Below, piece by piece: positions 60,743 through 64,000 of a stretch of DNA of 64,000 bases (within the stretch, counting starts at the first letter, position 1; every line of letters starts with the position of its first letter). Below the pieces are notes generated by a model. It saw only the letters and a program-made list of their open reading frames with translations, did no database searches and was not told where the DNA came from. The stretch is from an uncultured Actinomycetota bacterium (GTDB lineage: Bacteria > Actinomycetota > Actinomycetes > JAHEKZ01): the NCBI GenBank assembly GCA_963824605.1, contig CAWGPZ010000006.1:321864-385863 (forward strand). The letters run 5' to 3'. A program made the position numbers and the translations under genes.

Positions 60743-60751
60743 GCACCGCTG

Positions 60752-61418
60752 ATGCGGTACGGCGTCCTCGGTACGGGAGTGGTCGGCCAGACTCTCGGTT
60801 CTGCGCTCATCGGTACCGGCCACGACGTCTGCATGGGCTCGCGCACTGAGCTGAACGAGAGCTCCGGGGCGTGGGCTGACGCCAACGGCGAACGCGCATC
60901 GACGGGCACATTTGCAGGTGCGGCCGCCTTCGGCGACGTCGTCATCAACTGCACCGCAGGCGTCCACTCACTCGCCGCGATCGATGCCGCCGGACCAGAT
61001 GCGCTTGCCGGCAAGACCCTGATCGACGTGGCCAACCCGCTTGACTTCTCCGCAGGGTTTCCGCCCCGACTCGCCGTCGAGAGCGACGACAGCCTCGCCG
61101 AGCAGATTCAGCGACGCCTGCCGCGTACTCACGTGGTGAAGGCGCTGAACACCGTCACCGCCGCCGTCATGGTCGATCCAGGGCTGCTCCCGGAAGCCAC
61201 TGATCTGTTCATCTGCGGCGACGACGCTGACGCCAAGGCGACCGTCACCGACCTGGTGACGGCCTGGGGCTGGGAGCGCGCGCGGGTGCGCGACCTCGGG
61301 GGGTTGGTCTGTGCCCGCGCCACCGAGCAGTACCTGATGCTGTGGCTGCCGCTCATGGCAGTTGTCTCCTCGCCCGACCTTCAACGTGCGCCTCGTCGCT
61401 GCCGAAGACATGGCATGA
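60752..61418 (+). CDS. NADPH-dependent F420 reductase-like Rossmann protein. Its C-terminal ~15 aa and stop codon lie in another frame (apparent frameshift near 61375).
   Basis: MRYGVLGTGVVGQTLGSALIGTGHDVCMGSR N-terminus. The ORF track fuses it to the downstream gene. The alternate frame ends PTFNVRLVAAEDMA-TGA, overlapping the next ATG. Confidence 0.55.
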
Positions 61419-62338
61419 GCGACAACGTGGGGCACGCGCCGGCCGGCTGGTATGCAGACCCGACGCAGCCCGAGCTGCAGCGCTACTGGGACGGCATGGC
61501 ATGGACGTCGGCCACGGCGCCCATGTCACCGCTCCAGTGGGTAGCGCCTTCCGTGCCGCCGTCGGACGCCGAAGCCACCGAGCAGCAGGCGCACGGGTCA
61601 GGGGTGCACCAGGTCTACGGCCAGCCTTCGGGGTCCTGGGGCCTCGGCGACATCGGATGGTTCGTGCTCGTGGTGATCGGCACCATCATCGCCAGTGCCG
61701 TGCTGGTCATCCCTGTCGTCTTCGTCGCCGAGGACGCCTTCACCTCCGACGGCGGCATCAATGGTGGCTCGAGCGCCGGTAGCTGGGTGCTGACCGGGGC
61801 GCAGGCTGTCTTCTTTGCCGGCCTGGCTGCCTGGCCGCTGATCGCCGCCTGGCGCAAGTCACAGGGTTGGCGCAAAGCCTATGGATTCGTCGTCTCCTGG
61901 CGTGCGGTGGGGATTGGCATCGCTGGTGGGTTCGCCACCTTGGTGGCGATGGTGGTGCTGACCGATCTCACCGCAAGGATTCTGGACGAGGAGGTGACCT
62001 CGGCTGGGGCCGACGCCGCTGAGTCGATGACGGGCAGCACGGTGGCCTTCGTGTTCTTCCTGCTCCTGATCGCGATCGGGGCCCCCTTCGTCGAAGAGCT
62101 CGCCTTCCGCGGGTTGGTGTGGGGAGCGGTCGTCAAGCGCGGTTGGTCGCCGTGGTTGGCCACCGTCATAGCAGGGGTGCCCTTCGCCCTGTTCCACATC
62201 GAGCCGCTTCGCGTCGTCCCTCTGCTGGCCGCTGGGCTCGTGCTGGGAGTGGTGCGCCAGTACGGCGGCTTGAGCGGTGCCATGCTTGCGCACTGCGTCG
62301 TCAACACCATTGGCGCGATCGGTATCGCGTTCGCCTAG
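61415..62338 (+). CDS. DUF2510-containing CPBP-family intramembrane protease (CAAX protease-like).
   Basis: GWYADPTQPELQRYWDGMAWT (DUF2510). CPBP motifs EELAFRG and FALFH. Confidence 0.65.
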   Translation: MSDNVGHAPAGWYADPTQPELQRYWDGMAWTSATAPMSPLQWVAPSVPPSDAEATEQQAHGSGVHQVYGQPSGSWGLGDIGWFVLVVIGTIIASAVLVIPVVFVAEDAFTSDGGINGGSSAGSWVLTGAQAVFFAGLAAWPLIAAWRKSQGWRKAYGFVVSWRAVGIGIAGGFATLVAMVVLTDLTARILDEEVTSAGADAAESMTGSTVAFVFFLLLIAIGAPFVEELAFRGLVWGAVVKRGWSPWLATVIAGVPFALFHIEPLRVVPLLAAGLVLGVVRQYGGLSGAMLAHCVVNTIGAIGIAFA

Positions 62339-62384
62339 GACCCAGGTTCCGCAGCCACTGCGGCGCCACGCCCCAAGCACTCCG

Positions 62385-63275
62385 TCACGACGGGGCGGTG
62401 AACCCCCCGGCGTTCCCATCGGGCGGAGGGGGTGCCTCACCGCTGGTTGTCGAGATCTCGGGTGTCGAGACCGCAGGTGGGGACGCCTCGATAGCCGGCG
62501 ACCCGCTCGCGGGAGCGCCGGCGATCGTCGCGCGGCGGCTGCGTTCGGCCAGGACCGCGTTGAGAAAGATCTCGGGGCCGACCCCCGGCGGCGGGGGAGG
62601 GGACACCTGCCTGATCATGTCGTCGGCGATCGCCCGCCCCAGTGCGTCTCGGGCCCCGTCGTTGAGCGAAGCGGCCCGTACCAGGAACTGTCGGGCGCTG
62701 AGCGCTGTTGCAGGCTGGAGTCTGGTCAGGTCGAGCGAGGCGGCCCACGGTTGCAGACTCGGGGGCAGCCACCACTGTGCAGTGGGGGAAGTAGGCGCGC
62801 GCTCGCGCACCACCACGGTTCCGGCCAGGTAGTCGCCGACCCGCTTGCCCTCGGGCGAGAGCAGGCTCGTGATGACAGCGATCGCTCCGAAGCACAGGTA
62901 GATCTCGACAACAGCCATGAGGCCCCTGGCCAATGCGTGGCGAAAGCGAATGGCGCCGCCGTCGTCTCGGACTACACGCAGTCCCATCGCGAGCTTGCCG
63001 ACCGTCCGCCCGCGGGTCAGGGTCTCCATTGCCACCGGATAGCCCACGACGACGGCGATCGTTCCCACGAAGACGAAGACGACGGCAAGCACGTCGTCTG
63101 CGAGCCCGGACGTCGCGCCGAGCAAGAACGTCAGAGCGACGAGAGCGCCCACCTGCAGCACGAGATCTATCAGGAACGCGATGGCGCGGCTTGGAAGCTT
63201 GGCGAGCCGAAGGTCGACGACCACGGCATCACCTGTGACCAGGCCAGCTCCGTCTCCGGCGCCTCGGTGTGTCAT
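62385..63275 (-). CDS. RDD family membrane protein.
   Basis: RAIAFLIDLVLQ N-terminal motif, TM helices and a Pro-rich C-terminal tail. Confidence 0.6.
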   Translation of the reverse strand: MTHRGAGDGAGLVTGDAVVVDLRLAKLPSRAIAFLIDLVLQVGALVALTFLLGATSGLADDVLAVVFVFVGTIAVVVGYPVAMETLTRGRTVGKLAMGLRVVRDDGGAIRFRHALARGLMAVVEIYLCFGAIAVITSLLSPEGKRVGDYLAGTVVVRERAPTSPTAQWWLPPSLQPWAASLDLTRLQPATALSARQFLVRAASLNDGARDALGRAIADDMIRQVSPPPPPGVGPEIFLNAVLAERSRRATIAGAPASGSPAIEASPPAVSTPEISTTSGEAPPPPDGNAGGFTAPS

Positions 63276-63339
63276 GGCCTCCCTCTGACCGCGTCACTGA
63301 GCTCAACGGCGGTGCGCGTGCGGCTATTGTGCCGGATCA

Positions 63340-64000
63340 ATGGACCTCGACCGATTCATTGCGACGCGCCGACCCCACTGGGATCGCCTCCGGGCACTCA
63401 CCCGTCGCTCGCGCTTGTCCGGCGCAGAGGCTGACGAGTTCGTGGATCTCTACGGCCGAACAGCAACCGACCTGTCAGTGATCCGCTCCGAGGCGCCAGA
63501 TCCTGCTCTTGTCTCAGACCTCTCGGCGCTGGTGGCGCGAGCGCGTGGGACCACCACGGGCACCCGGCGCTTCACGACCGACGACGTGGCGCGCTACTTC
63601 ATCGTGACCTTTCCGCTGCTGGTGTATCGGGCACGATGGTGGGTGGCGGGGGTGACTGTTGGCTTCCTGCTCGTCTCGGTGTCGATCGGCACCTGGGTGG
63701 CAGCCAACCCGGATGTGCAGGGTGCGCTGGCTCCGCCCGAGGTCGTGCAACAGCTGGTCGAAGAGGACTTCGAGAGCTACTACTCCTCAGACCCAGCCGG
63801 CTCGTTCGCGGCGAGAGTGTGGACGAACAACGCCTGGGTGGCTGCGCTTTCCCTGGCCTTCGGTGCGTTGCTCGGGCTACCCGTGCTGTGGGTGCTGTGG
63901 CAGAACGCCACGAACGTGGCTGTTGTCGCGGGGTTCATGGCGGCTGGCGGCCGACTCGATCTCTTCTTCGGTCTGATCCTGCCGCATGGTCTGCTCGAGC
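63340..64000 (+). CDS. SpoIIM-like (DUF95) membrane protein. It is 3'-partial and runs off the window. It is absent from the ORF track because the track lists stop-terminated ORFs only.
   Basis: Manual translation from ATG 63340 is open to the window end. It contains WTNNAWVAALSLAFGALLG and ILPHGLLE motifs of the SpoIIM family. Confidence 0.5.
   Translation, partial: MDLDRFIATRRPHWDRLRALTRRSRLSGAEADEFVDLYGRTATDLSVIRSEAPDPALVSDLSALVARARGTTTGTRRFTTDDVARYFIVTFPLLVYRARWWVAGVTVGFLLVSVSIGTWVAANPDVQGALAPPEVVQQLVEEDFESYYSSDPAGSFAARVWTNNAWVAALSLAFGALLGLPVLWVLWQNATNVAVVAGFMAAGGRLDLFFGLILPHGLLE

Noticed and set aside
57899-60967. 1022-aa minus-strand ORF antisense to the CDF transporter and ahcY
   Set aside because: Arg/Gly/Asp-rich composition with no motifs. 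It lies antisense to two well-supported genes. Long stop-free antisense frames are expected at about 70% GC.
1-64000. Search for tRNA/rRNA genes, transposases, integrases, CRISPR arrays and phage or defence genes
   Set aside because: No intergenic region is long enough or shows T-loop-like or cloverleaf features. No transposase, integrase, Cas or restriction-like ORFs were recognised. The window appears to be core chromosome.

Overview
This 64-kb window is high-GC (about 70%) actinobacterial chromosome, densely coding, with no rRNA, tRNA, CRISPR array or mobile element that I can recognise. From memory, gene order resembles the Mycobacterium tuberculosis Rv3245c-Rv3285 neighbourhood (accA3-maf-accE5-accD5, birA, purK-purE, an LCP/cpsA cluster, manB, fbiA-fbiB, whiB2, pmmA, sahH); this is recall, not a search.

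Content in order along the window:
- An M20 amidohydrolase, a GGCT-like/hypothetical pair and an LpdA-like flavoprotein that lacks the redox cysteines.
- A divergent amidase / amine-oxidase pair, a VOC protein, an internally duplicated membrane protein and a frameshifted AadA-like nucleotidyltransferase.
- The acyl-CoA carboxylase block: accA, maf, accE, accD.
- Two tandem GAF-GGDEF diguanylate cyclase paralogues, then birA.
- A PH-domain membrane protein and an OmpR-type response regulator with its sensor kinase.
- GtrA, then nrtR divergent from a nadA-nadB-nadC-purK-purE-thioesterase string of overlapping genes.
- A cell-wall glycopolymer cluster: LCP, a TagG/TagH-like ABC exporter, a second LCP and a TIGR03089-like protein.
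- Two adjacent large secreted peptidoglycan-remodelling proteins (an Amidase_2 and a SpoIID+FN3 protein) whose C-terminal halves share ~100-aa repeat modules I cannot assign to a named domain. This pair is the most novel-looking element.
- GDP-mannose pyrophosphorylase, an AlkA-like glycosylase, fbiB-fbiA, a methyltransferase and a second two-component system.
- fbiC, whiB, and a GT2 glycosyltransferase fused to a polytopic membrane domain with a secreted partner.
- A DUF3499 / Zn-ribbon / phosphomannomutase / Trm112-like / SIS-isomerase mannose cluster, a CDF transporter and ahcY.
- An F420-dependent reductase-like gene, a DUF2510-CPBP protease, an RDD protein and a SpoIIM-like gene that runs off the window end.

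One caveat applies throughout. At least eleven genes show their conserved domains split across reading frames, including the essential accA and also fbiC, both sensor kinases, tagG, the second LCP and the F420 reductase-like gene. This pattern looks more like indel errors in the assembly than biological pseudogenisation. It should be settled before any gene-loss conclusions are drawn.
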